From assembly GCA_964106645.2 (NCBI GenBank), contig OZ067039.1: a DNA stretch of 64,000 nucleotides; one strand, written 5' to 3'. Positions 1 through 13,285 of the stretch are shown one piece after another. Each line of letters starts with the position of its first letter. Positions within the stretch are counted from its first letter, which is position 1. The position numbers and the translations under genes are program-made. Source of the stretch: Podarcis pityusensis. Its lineage: Eukaryota. Below the pieces are notes generated by a model that was not told the origin of the DNA, made no database searches, and saw nothing but the letters and a program-made list of their open reading frames with translations.

Positions 1-361
1 CACCTCCAAGGTCGTTCGGCTGTGTGTAGATGATCCCAAGTTCTACTCATATGTGGAATTCCCCATTGGTTGTATTCGTGATGGCATTGAATATCGCCTG
101 ATTCAGGACGCTTACCTAAGTAAGCCCGGAAAGGCACTGGCCAAGCAGTTGGGTATCTCAGAGCAGGAGGATATTCTCTTCACAATCTTCTCTCAGGGCC
201 AGAAGAACAGGGTGAAGCCACCAAAGGAATCTGTCCTTTGCCTCTTCACACTGAAGAAGATCAAAGACAAGATCAAGGAGCGCATCCAGTCTTGCTATCG
301 TGGGGAGGGGAAGCTTTCTCTGCCCTGGCTTTTGAACAAGGAGTTGGGATGCATAAACTCA
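1..361 (+). CDS. PLXNA1: Plexin-A1, 3' part of the large Sema-domain coding exon (starts upstream of the window)
   Basis: Frame from nt 2 reads [24 protein letters not shown]...[20 protein letters not shown]...[28 protein letters not shown], the class-A plexin Sema domain. [22 protein letters not shown] is the A1-type sequence as I recall it. Ends at canonical donor TCA|GTAAGT (362), phase 0. Confidence 0.95.
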
Positions 362-3074
362 GTAAGTCTTCCTCCTCATTCTTCTACTTTGTCATTTCTC
401 CTTTTCCTTTCTGCTCTGATAAATCCAAAGCATCAGCTGAGATACCTGTGCTGTCTTTGAGTACGCAGCTGAAGATGTTGCTTAAAGATCTGGGGTTTGT
501 TTCAATTAGCATGTGACCATTCTATTCTCAGCTACAGTATTTTGGTGTTTGGAGTTTTAGGCTTTGGTTATGGGGTATGAGGATAATTATTGGGTGTTGA
601 GAAGTTCCGGCCTTTCTCCCAATCTTCAGTTAACCAAATAAAGTTTGTTATGCTGGAGAAATGGGGACTGCATTGATTTTGGAATGTGTTTTAGAGATTA
701 TTTGCACAGAAATTCTTGCCAAGACAGTTTTTCGGAAGGATTGAATTGAGAAGAAAGGCAATAAGTAGGAGCATGTGGACCACTAACCATCTAACAGACA
801 TGCTGATGTTCCATTTATTCTAACCTGAGTTTACTTTCCACTGTTACCATCATGACAAGTACTGGAATGAATTAGGGAAAAAGCAGGTGTCCATGTACAG
901 GAGATATGTCCTGCTGGAAATACAGACCCAAGTAACTGTTAGATATACTGATGTGATAACAATTGCAGATGATTTGAAGTGCTATTCAAGGTGCAACATG
1001 GTGCCCTCTCAGCACCACATAATGATACGGCAGGAATATTAGCCAGCCAGGATGATGTTCCGACTCTACCTGGGTCTCTTGTTTTCTGGTTTTATCCTCT
1101 GTCTGATTCCAAATCGGGATAATCAAAATCCTTACCTCTGTAGTTTAGGGAGAGTGTGAGAACAGGACAGCTGTACAGATAGCAGCTTCGTACTGGCAGT
1201 GAGAGGACTCTCCAAATTCATAGGTGTATATGAAACACAACTGGAGTGTCAGGTTTTGAGGCCAATTAGAAGTGAACTCTTGCCCTGGGGGATATGGGAG
1301 CGAGCCAGAGTTATGAGTCTGGATATGTTCTTTCTCAACAGAGGGAAAGTTGCCTGCCTATCCTGAGGGAAGCATTTCCCATAGGCTGTTGCTATGGCAA
1401 ACAGAGGAGCTTTATTGCCCTGTTCCATTGTGTTAAGTCTTTGGCAAGGCAGGGTAAGAAGCCTGCTTTGTTTTATGAGCCATAGCTGGGTTCCTTTTCA
1501 GACAATATCAGATATAACTGGGAGGCTATTTCAGCTACTTGCAGTGAGGATAGGAGAGTAATGTGTAAAAGATCTTTCAAAATGGGAATGGAATGGGCAA
1601 CTTTAAGATTTCTAGGACATATGACAAGTTGTAGAAAATTGGTATAGTTACGTCACTTAAAACTCTCAGCTGAACGCAAGGAGATATACATAGTGATTGT
1701 GGCAGAATCTGAGCTTGGACATCAGATGCCGTAGGTCCACTCCCCAGACCCATATAGTCAAGTGTACTTTGGACTTTGGGCTGATTCTTAATGGATCCAT
1801 TTAGCCTACTGACCCTTCTCCAAATTGTAATGGTCTGCTTAAATTAAATTTTGTAAATGAATTCAGCTAAAGACCTGGCCCACTCCAAATGCCTTTCTAA
1901 TGGCTTTACAAGAAGCACAGTGTTGAGTGGATGTGTGTGTGTGTGTGTAGGTTTGGAGCCTCCCTAAACACTAGCTCCATGTGTCAATGGTAGTGGACCT
2001 CAGGATTTAAAATTTTATTTTAGAAACTTCTTTCTCTGTTCTCCAATCAGCAGGCTCTCATTGTAATTAAATCAAAACCATACAAAGCCATAAAACATAA
2101 TACATCAGCAGGGCCGATAAACATATCAGTTTTTAGATCTTATGTTCCCATAGGTGCATGTATGGTATTGGGAACCATAAACCATGGGATGTGTAATTCC
2201 TGTGGCTCATGTATTCCTAGATGCTGCTGCACGTATTTAAAGTCAATAGGAATTACATTTCCCATGATTCCTGACAGCCACAGAATTCTGGTTGTGGGGA
2301 TTACATTGGCAGCCAATGGATGGAGTGGTAGTACACTGGGCTCATAAGTGGGTATCTAGGGCAGAATTGGTATGGTATTCTAGGCAGTTGTGATTCTGGT
2401 AGCAGCTCTGATAGGAACAGGTGAGATCAGAGATACTAAGCATGAAATAAGAGCTTGTGCTGTGCTTCCTTATGCCAATGAACCCATGTTCATGAGAAAT
2501 ACACTCCATTGTAAGGCTCAGTGTAGTACACATGGAACCTCGCCCCCTCTGGTCCTCAGAACATAGTTGCGTGGCAGTGTAGCTGAGAGATAGCATGTGG
2601 TCCATGTTCAGCCAGTGAGTTTCATAGCTGAGTGAGGAATTTGAATACACATCTCCATGGCTCTATTCCACCTCACAATATGATAAATAATGATTTACAG
2701 CTGCTGTGGAGTAATGGAGATAAAGGGAGAGGGGCATTGGAGGTCTGTTTTGGCAAATTAGACAGTAACCATCCTTGGCCATGGTTTGGACACCTCTTCT
2801 TCTTCCCTTCCTCCTTCTCTTTTTAGGACAGATTCCCCAAAGGATGAGTGGAAACCCTCTGGCATGGTGTCAGGGTTCTGTAGGGCCAGGCCTGAAAGTG
2901 GTCAGATGTGAGTCCACGTCTGGCTGAAATCAAGGTCTGAAGCAACAGACAGAGATCATAGGGGACAGAATCAAGTATGCCACCGAAGGGCATCAGGAAG
3001 TGAGTCTGTTTTGCTTAGATTGTTACTGCAGGCTTGGTTCCTCAGTTTCTGTAAAGCCACCCAGGCTTTCGGTA

Positions 3075-3264
3075 GGGAAAGGATCGTAGCTCAATGGCTG
3101 AGCTCATAGTTTGCATCCAGAAGCTTCTAGTTTTGACTCCAAAGCACCTCAAGGTAGAGCTGTGAAAGACTCCGGTCTGAAACCCTGAAGAACCTCCACA
3201 AGTCTGTGTAGACTGTCCTGTGCGGTTCAATGCACTGTTTTGGTTTAAGGCAGCTTCCCATGTT
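3075..3264 (+). mobile_element. tRNA-derived SINE, Squam3-like (diverged)
   Basis: tRNA-like head (GTAGCTCAATGG), body CTGAAACCCTGAAGA...GTGTAGAC, tail AAGGCAGCTTCCCATGTT. Similar to the reverse complement of 62719-62908. Confidence 0.7.
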
Positions 3265-3436
3265 TGCCACTATTGGCTCCACAGATCACCTGGTCTGGCT
3301 GCACTGATGAGCTGCAGTACCCCTGTTTGGCCATTTATCTGTATGGCACTGCAGTACACAGCAAAGATCAGACCAATAGCTCTCTTAGCTTGAGAGCTGC
3401 CCTTGTTCTAGTGCAGGAAGTAAGTCTCCTGTGCTT

Positions 3437-3563
3437 CATAGAATCTTAGAGCTGGAAGGGGTCCCAAGGGTCATCTAGTCCAACCCCCTGAAACGCAGAA
3501 ATCTCAGCCAAAGCATCCATGACAGCTGGCCACCCAACCTCTCTTTAAAAACCTCCAAGGAAG
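3437..3563 (-). mobile_element. CR1 LINE 3' end fragment
   Basis: Reverse strand reads GGGTTGGACTAGATGACCCTTGGGACCCCTTCCAGCTCTAAGATTCTATG, the CR1 3' hairpin plus ATTCTATG terminus. Confidence 0.85.
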
Positions 3564-6500
3564 CCTTGCTGCTACAGTTTCTGGTTTGAGCCCCCTGGTG
3601 CCTTACGGATGGTAAATAAGAGCTTCGTACATAGGTGTTGAGGGACGTGTGCACATGTCAGGAGGGAAAACCTAATGAGTGGTTCCCAAACATAAACTAA
3701 CTTCTGATTGTGGCTCCTTTCAGCAGTTGAAGCTGCTGACGGTAATGCTTTTGCTGCTTTGTAGTCTGTGGAATTTTAAAACCCTTAAGGATGCTGAAAC
3801 AAATGCATTTTGGCTCTAAGTACAGATCTTATGATCGGTCTCCTCCGCTATTTTATTCCCCCCCTTTTTTCTTTTTTCTGTGTTATATGTGCTATAATGT
3901 AAACTTGCAAGCAGTGTGGCTTCTAAAAATAATTTTCCAAAGTGCCTAGCTGTTTTAGGTGTGTGTGAATAATAATAGCGAATAATAACAGGGATATGGT
4001 TTTAGAGTAAAAGTGGAAGGAGGAGGGGAGGAGTATTCCAGTCTTGGGGCTGGGGGGTGTTGGAAAGAGAGAAACCCGGCAAAATTATAAGGCTTGGATG
4101 TTTTCAAGATTAAGCATCAGAGAAGCAGCATATCGTAATAGCATTTGTTGTGGTTTCCTTGCACCTAGGGATAATTTAATCTGAAATCCAGGGAGTGCGG
4201 GAGGGAGGGGGAGCAGTAGCCTTCTTCCCCCACCCTCCCTCTATGGCACCTCTTCTGCCACAATCCTAGAAGCTCCCCAGCCTTTGCTGTGGGCTGAGGC
4301 ATTGCCACGTCTCCTCTCTCTTGTGAGTGTTCATGCTTCTGCATTCAGAGGCAGGTGCATTTCAAGGCACGACTTTCGGAGCTGGGTTCAAGGGCTTGTG
4401 GCAGGAACCAGCAGCTTGATGAGGGTCTCTGCCTTGTTTAGATGTCCAGCAGAAGGAGGAGTGTGAAATTGAGTTACTTTCTCTCTCTTTCTCCGCCCTC
4501 TTATAAATTACAGGTGCGGCAGGGGCATGGGGCTGCGTTCTAGGAGCAGGTAGTTCAGCTGCACCCACCTGGAGTAGTTTGTGCACAGGCATCCATTTGT
4601 AATTGTCCCAGGCAGCCCCTCCTTCTCCTTTTCCGAGTTCTGAGGGAAACAGCTAACAGCTGCCTGACAAAGTAAAGGGTTTGCTGTCAAGAGTGCTGGG
4701 CTCACAAATCTGATTTTGGCTTCAAACTAATTCAATTTTGGTGGAAAATGATGAAATTGTTACACTGCTGCCTGCTGGGTCACATAACTGCTGACTCAGG
4801 GGAGGGAGGAGGCTTTCTCTGCGCTCTTGTTTCCCCTCCCCTCATTCTCTCCATCTTTCTTGGCTTGCAGTGCAGGTTTGGGGAGCCAAGTGTAGCTCAG
4901 ATCAGCTGCCATTCCCCCGAGGTCTGCCCTGAGCAAAGTAAGCGGGAGGCAGAAACAAAGAATGCAAAACAAGGAATGTGACTGTGAATGTATGAAGGCA
5001 AGAGACAGTTAAGGGCATCATGTGAGCAGGAAAGAAGACAGCTGCTTTTCGCCACTCACATTCTGCTATTGGGGAGATTTCGCTGTTCCAGAAAGTCCTT
5101 GACTTTCCCCAAGGGTCGGTGATGTTGGACCCTGGCTGCCAGGAATTCCCCCTCTGCAAAGAGTTCTTGCCAGTCCCTTGTTTCAAACTTTGCTAGAAAC
5201 AGGAAAGCTTCCTTGCTTCCTGACAGATTCTGGTTCCCTGTCTGATTTATGCAGGAAGTCCTGCTCTTCCTCATTGAATTGCTTGGCTGTGGAAGGGAAG
5301 AGGATGCTTCTGAGCATGTGGCTGTAGTCTTGGGACCACCAGAACCAAAGGAATCGTCTCCATTCCCCCTACCTTCCAAAAGGCAGAGCAGGTGGAAGTG
5401 TTGTGTGATTGGCGATCCTGCACAATCTTGACACAAAACCACTGGTTCACTCCATGTTTGGAGATCTCAAACCTTCTCAAAAAGCACACCGTATGCGTGC
5501 ATGCACAGCTTTAGCAAGGGGTGGGGATTATTTGAGAGATTTGGTCCAGAGGCAAAGAGCTATTCCCAATGCTGCTTGCGCTATTAGTATTTTATAAGCT
5601 CTGCAGAGTTGTTGCTTGGGAGGGAAATACTGCTGATCAGTGACTCATTTGTTGGTGGTTTCCACTGAATTTGACCTGGGCCACTGCCCCAGTCTTCTGC
5701 TCATTAGAATTGCATTGTATTACTGGGGTGAGATCAAGGGCAGGACTATCCAGGCTTTTAAATAGCATATTATATAGTAGATGTCCGGGAAGCTTCTGCA
5801 ACCACAGCAGTAATGAAGATAGTATTTGGAAGTGTGGGAATCTCATGTTCCCATATATAAAATATTGCATTTTTATGTGCTCGGCAAAAATGCAATATCC
5901 CTGCAATAAAGAACGTTTCCTCTGCTAAGCAAATGAGAAACAAATATGTCCATTTATGCTGCAGAAACTGATTGCATGGAAAGGCCTTTAATCTCATGAC
6001 AGTCAGAAAAGTGAGGAGCGGGAGAGGGGAGGAAGGACTGAAAATGAACTTCATCCACTTGCTTTGAGCCCTGTCATATGGCTTTATAAAGATCCTTTTT
6101 CATCAGCACTACAGGCTTTCCTCCCAAAGGAAGGCTTGTTTTTTATTGATGGCAATTGATTCAGCATGACTGAGCAAGCAAGGGTGAGAATGTGGGCAAG
6201 ACAACAGGGCTTTTGGATTCATGGCCTGTTCTGTTGCAAAGAGTTACTCACATTCCTGGGGCATGGGCACAGTCTAGTGTCATTTTATGTATCAGAGCTG
6301 GTGTTTCACTTAATATTATTTCTTCTCCTTCCCCTTCTTCACACTCCTCAGGCACACATTTTACATGGACAAAGCAGTGTGTGAGCTTGGCAGTTGTCGA
6401 TACAGGCTGCAGCAAATCCCTTGATTGCAGCTAGTGATGTTACCCAGCTTTGCAATTACCTGCTTTGGAATGTGAATTTCCCCCATAATGCTTGCACTTA

Positions 6501-7558
6501 TTACAACTCGAACGCCATTTCCTTGAGAATCTCTTCTCCAGTCCAAAATGTATAACGTGACTTTGCAAGTGTACAGAATGTGCTCTTGTTTTGAGTCCAA
6601 GCCCTGGACACTAATCTCAGCTCATACAGAGCTAAGCAAGCACTTGTGATGAATATTTTTTTAAGGTTTCAAGGAACTGTAGGGGCAACCCCCAAAAAAC
6701 TTTCTCTCCAAAGATCCAGCATCAAATAAAGACATGTTCAGGGATTGCACAGCACCCTTTTCCCTCAAGGCTCTGGAACCTCCTTGGGCTTCGCTGCAGT
6801 TTCCTGGAGCCTTAGAAATCACCCTCAAGGGGTGTTTGCATAGCTGTCATTAGTGTCTGTGTCTTGGACAAAAAAATAAACGAGGGACAATTGAAAATGA
6901 TAAGGCAGTATGATATGGTGCAGCCAGCATTATGAATCAATTTAGAACTCTTAAAAAACACGCCAACCATGATTTTTTTTCTAGTGTTCTCCAATGACGC
7001 TTGTAATTGCTGACCCAATTCTGCATCGAGCTGAGAGGAGTTCACCCATCACTAATAGCAACAGCTGGAAAAAGCGCTGTTGCAATCACAGTATGTGCTG
7101 CTGGCCAGATATGTGCTGGCTAGATTCACACATCACGTTTGTCCACACAAGGACATGTCTGAGAGGGACCAGGACTTCTTGCGCAAGAGAAAGTGAATTG
7201 TGTGAACCAGTCCATAGTCATTCGCCAGTGGCCTTGTTATAGCTTCTAGGATGCCTAATGCGTTGGTGCTTGGAGGCAATCTTGAACTGCTCAGAGCTGC
7301 CTTGGATCCAGGAGGAGAGGCTGCCAGTCTTGGCGGGGAGTTCAGGAGATGTTTGTACTTCTTCCCCCAATGCTGAGGAACTGAACACATTGGCTGGAGA
7401 ACTCATTCCATCTTGTTTGTTTGTTTCTTTCCTTCACTGGCTTGGAACCAGGAATCTATCAGACTGAAAATGTGACCCAGGCTGAGATGCTCTGCTGAAC
7501 ACTCTGAGTTGCCTTGTGGTTCTTGCTATCTTCTTCCTGTTCCACTGTGAATCCTGGT

Positions 7559-7869
7559 CAACAACAACAACAGTACCCCACCCATCTGACTGGGTTGCCC
7601 TAGCCACTCTGGGCAGCTTGCAGTAGATATAAAAACAGAATAAAACATCAAACATTAAATCAAACATCAAACATTGAAACCTTCAGATGTCTTCTAAAAG
7701 TCAGATAGTTCTTTATCCCCTTGACATCTGATGGGAGAACATTCCACAGGGAGGGCACTTCTACTGAGAAGGCCCCCTGCCTGGTTTCCTGTAACTTCAC
7801 TTCTCGCAGCAAGGGAACCACTAGAAGGCCCTCGGAGCTGGACCTCAGTGTCCAGACTGAATGATGGAG
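7559..7869 (-). mobile_element. L2 LINE 3' fragment (family A)
   Basis: Minus ORF has TLRSSSEGLLVVP...AFSVEVPSLWNVLP...LTFRRHLK, typical of the L2 ORF2 C-terminus. The 3' end has a trinucleotide tail. Same family as 56698-56867. Confidence 0.85.
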
Positions 7870-8030
7870 ATTTCTGGGTGCCAAGTTGGCGACCACAGTT
7901 AAAAAACCTCTGTCTTAATCCATAGTTAATTCCATTTCCATCTCCCCTAAGTGTGTTTCTCCTTCTTGCATACTAGGTCAAGTGAATTGTTTTAAGAGCA
8001 AGCTACAGTCAAACAATGTAGTTGAGATCG

Positions 8031-8080
8031 CAGAATTGTAGAATTGTAGCGTTGGAAGGGTCATTTAGTCCAACCTTCTG
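8031..8080 (-). mobile_element. CR1 3' terminal remnant
   Basis: AGAATTGTAGAATTGTAG...GGAAGGGTCATTTAGTCCAACC is the reverse complement of the CR1 terminal repeat and hairpin. Confidence 0.65.
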
Positions 8081-8179
8081 GCGAACAGACATGCTGTTGT
8101 GGTGGCTTAAGTTTAAGGTGTCATTTGGCACCTAGCTTATGTATCTGAGTTCCTAACACTGGATATACCTAATGTGGAG

Positions 8180-8410
8180 GATGGTCGTATCTCAAGTGAA
8201 AACAAATGCCATAAACAGTGCACTGCCGCTGAGAATGCCCTGTCTCACGCCACCATCTTGCCTGCCTCAAGGGACACTCTGGAAGATCTTAAGTCTCAGG
8301 GTGGCAGGCCTCGGGAAAGGCATTCAGTCAAGTACCTAGACCCCAGACTTTTTAGGAATTTTGTAGACTGAAGTCAACACCTTGAATTGGGCCTGGTAGC
8401 TTACCAGATG
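8180..8410 (-). mobile_element. Old L2 ORF2 fragment
   Basis: Reverse strand contains GGCCCAATTCAAGGTGTTG (AQFKVL motif), followed by degenerate GLG.YL and AFS-like segments. Confidence 0.6.
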
Positions 8411-11400
8411 TGCAGTCTGCAATGAACACTGTGTTGTGGAGTTGCGGTAAAAGTAATTTACTCCTTAACTGATTCCCTTTGAAATCATTTTATTTTGCTT
8501 CTGGTATATTAAAGACTTGGATTTGAATCACAGCCTCTAAGAAATATTTAAGTTGAGGACTAAGGTCCTTACACTTCGCTATAAGATAATTTCCTGTCAG
8601 CCCTTCACAATTAAGTCCCAGCATAACATTTACAGTGAAATGAAACAAGGGTGTTCATAGAGTTCTCTTTTCTGTTGAAGATGTCAGGAAGCCCGGAAAT
8701 GAATGGCCCTAAGGGACAGCTGAATTACTAGCCACTTAATAAAGCTAAACGAATGAATATTGTCTTTCCTGTCCACTCCTTCATTGCCCTCATAAGTGGG
8801 CTTGAAGTAAAGTAATGAATCAAGAAGACATCTACGTTTCACCCTGGCAAAGTGCTTTCTCGCTCTCTGTGTGAACTCTTGTGTCCTTCGGCCGAGTCTG
8901 GCCAAAAGGCAAGCAAATGCCCAGAGAAAAACAGTATTCTGCCAGCCAATAACAACTGGAAGCTAAGCCCCGCTATTAATGGCAGATTCAGTGTGTGCAC
9001 AGGCTCTCTGTGCCTATATAGTGAAAAAACAGGTACAGCTGGAGAATGTGATTTAGGTAGTTGTGAGGTTGGGCCTGCTGTGAACCATGCCAATTTCCCT
9101 TCATTATTGGCAGGAGAATGAAGGCTCTTGTTAACCTGAGAGCTGGATGTCTGCTTCGGCAAGCAGTGTGGATGTAAGTGACCTTCTGCTTCAGAAGTGT
9201 ACTATTGTCAGGAAGGAATTGTCTGCCCTACATGATGTGGCTGGCTCTGATAGACCAGTATGAGAATTTCGTATTGCAGCCCATGCATGCCCTTCTGCTC
9301 TCAGAAACCGCCCCAAATCTGTTTTCTTCCCACCAAATAGTCCGATTGGATCTGGCCTCTTATTGGTGTGGCACCTGCCTGTGCATCCCTAACGAGTCAT
9401 TTTGCTGCTAACAAGCTAATTGCTGGCATAATTATTTATTGAGGTGGTGTCGGTGTAGCATGGCAGGCGGGTGGCAGGCACTCTTCCGCAGCCCGGGAAT
9501 GCAGCTGTATTTGTCGCTTCCCAGAGAGTTTGTTGAGACAAAGCAGAGAAGAGTAAACACCATAAACATTTATGCTCTTGCATATTCAGCAGCAGATGAG
9601 GTTGAGGAAGCTGCAAATTGGAGTGGGGAGAGCAGTGTGGAACAAAGATTGCATTGGCTGAGAGGTGCTGCCAGAGCTTAAATACCTTCATTGGTTATGC
9701 TCCAGCCCTCCTGGAAGTAGAATTTTTTTATAACCCCTTTTTCTACCACCAAGCTATACATTCTAAGAGCTGAAGAAATTAAGATGTAATGCACAGGCCT
9801 TGCAGGGCAGAGGTCATGTGACCAAGGTGAAAGGTCCATGGAATAATGATGGGGATGTCACATTCAAAAGCGTATTAGCTCTGTTATTACTTAGTGTCTG
9901 TGCGTGGCTAAATTTTCAGAACTCTGTCGAGCACATGGGCTGAATATCATCCCTTGAGATTAATTCATTCCTATCCTGGGGCGCATTCCCCCCCCTTGCT
10001 CCGCCCTGTGCTTCTCTTAGACTGTATATTTCACATTAAGATGTGACCCTGCATTCAACTATGCAGAACAATTAGGTATTACTTCTACATTTTTATGTAT
10101 GCCTTTATTGCATTCTGTCCTGGCTTTTAAGTTTTTTAAAATATTTGTCTTCTGAATGTCGGCAAATTTAGAGCTGCGTATTTTAAAATTAATTAATGTG
10201 TATAAATAAACAATTGGGCAGCGCCCTCTTCCTCCTCACCAAACCAGGAAAGGTGTCATTCCTGTCTGCAGCTAAAGTGGTCCCCTTCTGTCGACTTTGT
10301 GAATTATTTCTCAGGCCTAATTACTACTATTTATTATTTGCTGCTTCCTCATCACAAACCTCTGTTAAAATGAGCTATGGGGATTCAGGAACAGCTGAGC
10401 AAGCAAAAGGAGTCACAGCTGTGAATTGGTTTTCTGGGTCTGAGTAGGCTTCCTCAGCTTCCCTGGATTTTTTTGAATTTTGTTTTTAGTTGCTTTCTCC
10501 ATCACCCTGTTTACTGAAGTGCAGAGGGTCAGGGGTTAGCTGTTATTGCCTTCAAAGGTGCGGGTCTGTGAGTGACTGTTGCAGTTCTGTGGCTGCCTGC
10601 CGAGGCCCTTTAACTGCACAACTTGAGAGGAATTGTTCTATGCTTGGCAGTACAAGGGCGGGAGGAAAACAACCCAGAGGAAAGCAAGCAGGGGTTTGGG
10701 CCTGAAAGACCACACATAACTGGATGGTTAAAAAGGCATCCCGGCTGGATACAAATAGGATGCGGAAATAAATGGTTCGTCTTCACAAAGTGCCCCAAAG
10801 CTGTGTTTGTATTAGCACCAATTTTTGTTTACTTCTAATCCATTTCCTGCACTGCCAGCCTACAAATGCTCAGAAATCATGATTCCGTTGCCAGGGATTT
10901 ATAGTAGTAGTTAGATTTAACAGATACACAAGTGACCTTTTATTTATTTGGATTTTGGTGCCATTTGGGAATATCACAGTAAGGTTTTGAGTGTATTTGT
11001 TTTCAGCAGGAAGGAGCTGTGTGCTTGTTACTTACGATTACTTTTTAGGAATGTTCTAATGATTAGATTATGAAGCTTGTGATATTTAAGCTTTTGAGGA
11101 AGCCTAGGAACATTTAGCCCTAAGAATCAGTATTAAGTCTCTCCCCCCCCCCCCGTTATAGCTACTCCCTTATGTCCAGCTATTCATGTCTGCCACAGAG
11201 ATTGAAAGGGTAAGAAGGAGGGAATCCGGTCTCTGTAGTTTCCCTTTGTTGATATTGTTGGGTCTCCTATTCTCTGCTTGGCTTCAGGCAAAGGTTTACA
11301 CAAGCAGGCAGTCACGCAAGTTTCAGTAACGAGCATCTATTTGAAAGCTATGTGTCAGGCTTGAACTATCTGGAAAATTTCTGTCAGAAATAGAATTCTG

Positions 11401-12960
11401 CCTCTGTCGCCTCTCACATCCTGCCTAGATAGTACTTCTGGTGTATTGTATTGTAAATCAGAGTTGGTATGAAAAAAATAGAGGTGTGGGAAATTCCATA
11501 CGGATGTCGGATCTCTGTACCTGTGTCTAGGTTTCATCCAAAATTAGGCGATTGTAAACTTACGCACATCATGCTCAAGTCCCACTAAAAGTGTGCATTG
11601 GGTTGCAGCCTATGTACCCTTGCTCTGGGCTGACTTTTAGGGACTGGTGCATGCTGATTATATCATTGGTGGGTACAGAACCTTCAGGACAGTGCAAGCT
11701 GCAGCCTGTATGGTATGGGTTAGCCCTGGCTACAGATTGGCTACCCCACTTTTCTGCCCTGAATGTGCGGTTTGGCAGTGAGCACATATAAGAAAAGGGA
11801 AGGAGGTGCAATAGTGACAAATGAGCTGGGAGTTGTGCACAGCTAAGTGACTTGCTATCCATATACAGTACAACTTTGTCAAATATTTCTCAAAGCCAAT
11901 TAATTCACCACCCTCAATATGTGTTTTTTAGGAATGTGTGCACATATACAAGTCCTAGGTGTGATGCTCTTACTACATTGCTGACTAAAGCTGCCCCCTT
12001 TGCACTTCCACTTCAGCCTGCAAATTTAAATGCCCATGGATGCAATTCCCTGTTTGCTAGGAACTTGTGTACTTCTGAGTGCGTCTGGGCCCTTTCTTTT
12101 AGCAGTGTTCTCTCGGCTTGGCTTGGCAGTTGTCCGTTCTGGGTGTGCAGTGAACCCACTGAAGATTGCTGGGAACTGTATCTCTTTCATTACTGTACTG
12201 CTGTATTCTGCTGGAACTAGCAGAGCCCAGGATTTTTTGGTGTGCACCTTGTGGGTATTTCAACTCACACATTGCCATTCATGGTATTTGAGTACTTCAG
12301 TTATTTCTCTCTTCGGTCTTCCTCTCTGTTTTCTCTGCATCCCCCAGACCCTGAAATTCATGGCCAGAGACTGCTGGACTAGAGGTTGTCATGGCAACAG
12401 CTCTCTTCCTGCTGAGGTGGAGATAGGAACAGATTTCATGGTTCAAGGGATTTCCCCATTCCTGACCCCTCCTTCCCTCCTTCCTTGTGGTGTTTTCTCC
12501 ACATCTCCCTGTCATCCTCTCTTAGTACCAAGCTGCTAGGCCCGCCTCAGAAGCCGACGGGAGCATACACACTGTGTGTTAACTGCAGACATTTTGCCAT
12601 CCTTCTTGCCTCCTCCCTGTGCCATGATCTGTGACAGACTTAGGCTGGGGCATCTCATGGGATGCTTGCAAGGAAGATCTCATTCAAGGTATACTATATG
12701 AATGAAAAGGCTGAGGAGGAAAGAAGAGGACTTCTCCAGGCCCTAATCACTTGCGGTTTCCCTGCCTCCTTTTTTTTTGAACCAAAATGTTGGTGAACCT
12801 CAGTTCTGGAGGCAACTGTCAGCTTGGCAGACTAGGGTTCAGCTTAGGCAAAGGCAGAAAAATCTTGCCCAACGTGTTTGTCTTTTGGTTAGAAAGCAGT
12901 GTGTTTGGGCAACTTGGCCCTTTCAGGCCTTGTTTCCTCATTTCAAATGTGAAATAGGTT

Positions 12961-13041
12961 GTTTTAGGTTGATGTCTGTGAACTGCCCTGAGACCTCGGG
13001 TATAGGGCGGTATATGAATTCAATAAATAATAATAATAATA
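12961..13041 (+). mobile_element. L2-type 3' terminus with (TAA)n tail, interrupted by a MITE
   Basis: GTGAACTGCCCTGAGACCTCGGGTATAGGGCGGTATATGAAT followed by (TAA)n. The tail resumes at 13286-13295. Confidence 0.7.
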
Positions 13042-13285
13042 CAGTCATACCTTGGAAACTGAACACCTTTGCACTCTTTGGCTCTCAAATGCCGCAAACC
13101 TGGAAGTGAGTGTTCCGGTTTGTGAATGTTCTTTGGAACCTGAATGTCCGACGTGGCTTCCACAGCTTCTGATTGGCTGCAGGACCTTCCTGCAGCCAAT
13201 CGGAAGCTGTGCCTTGGTTTCCGAATGTTTTGGAAGTCGAACGGGCTTCTGGAATGGATTCTGTTCGGCTTCCAAGGTATGGCTG
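13042..13285. mobile_element. Tc1/mariner-pogo (Tigger-like) MITE
   Basis: TIRs CAGTCATACCTTGG / CCAAGGTATGGCTG, TA duplicated on both sides (13040-41, 13286-87), internal 24-bp hairpin. Confidence 0.88.

Noticed and set aside
362-460. Extension of the plexin ORF with a hydrophobic tail ([20 protein letters not shown]...)
   Set aside because: It lies past a consensus GTAAGT donor. The hydrophobicity reflects pyrimidine-rich intron sequence.
3075-3150. tRNA-like sequence (also 62840-62908 on the minus strand)
   Set aside because: Degenerate SINE heads followed by SINE bodies. No intact cloverleaf.
4490-4510. GC box plus TATA-like CCGCCCTCTTATAAAT
   Set aside because: Short motifs like this arise by chance. 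There is no CpG island or downstream exon evidence.
12030-12539. 169-aa plus-strand ORF (likewise 24667-25113, 26985-27410, 51829-52296)
   Set aside because: Leu/Ser/Cys-rich, no motif or splice-site support. Such ORFs are expected by chance in intron DNA.
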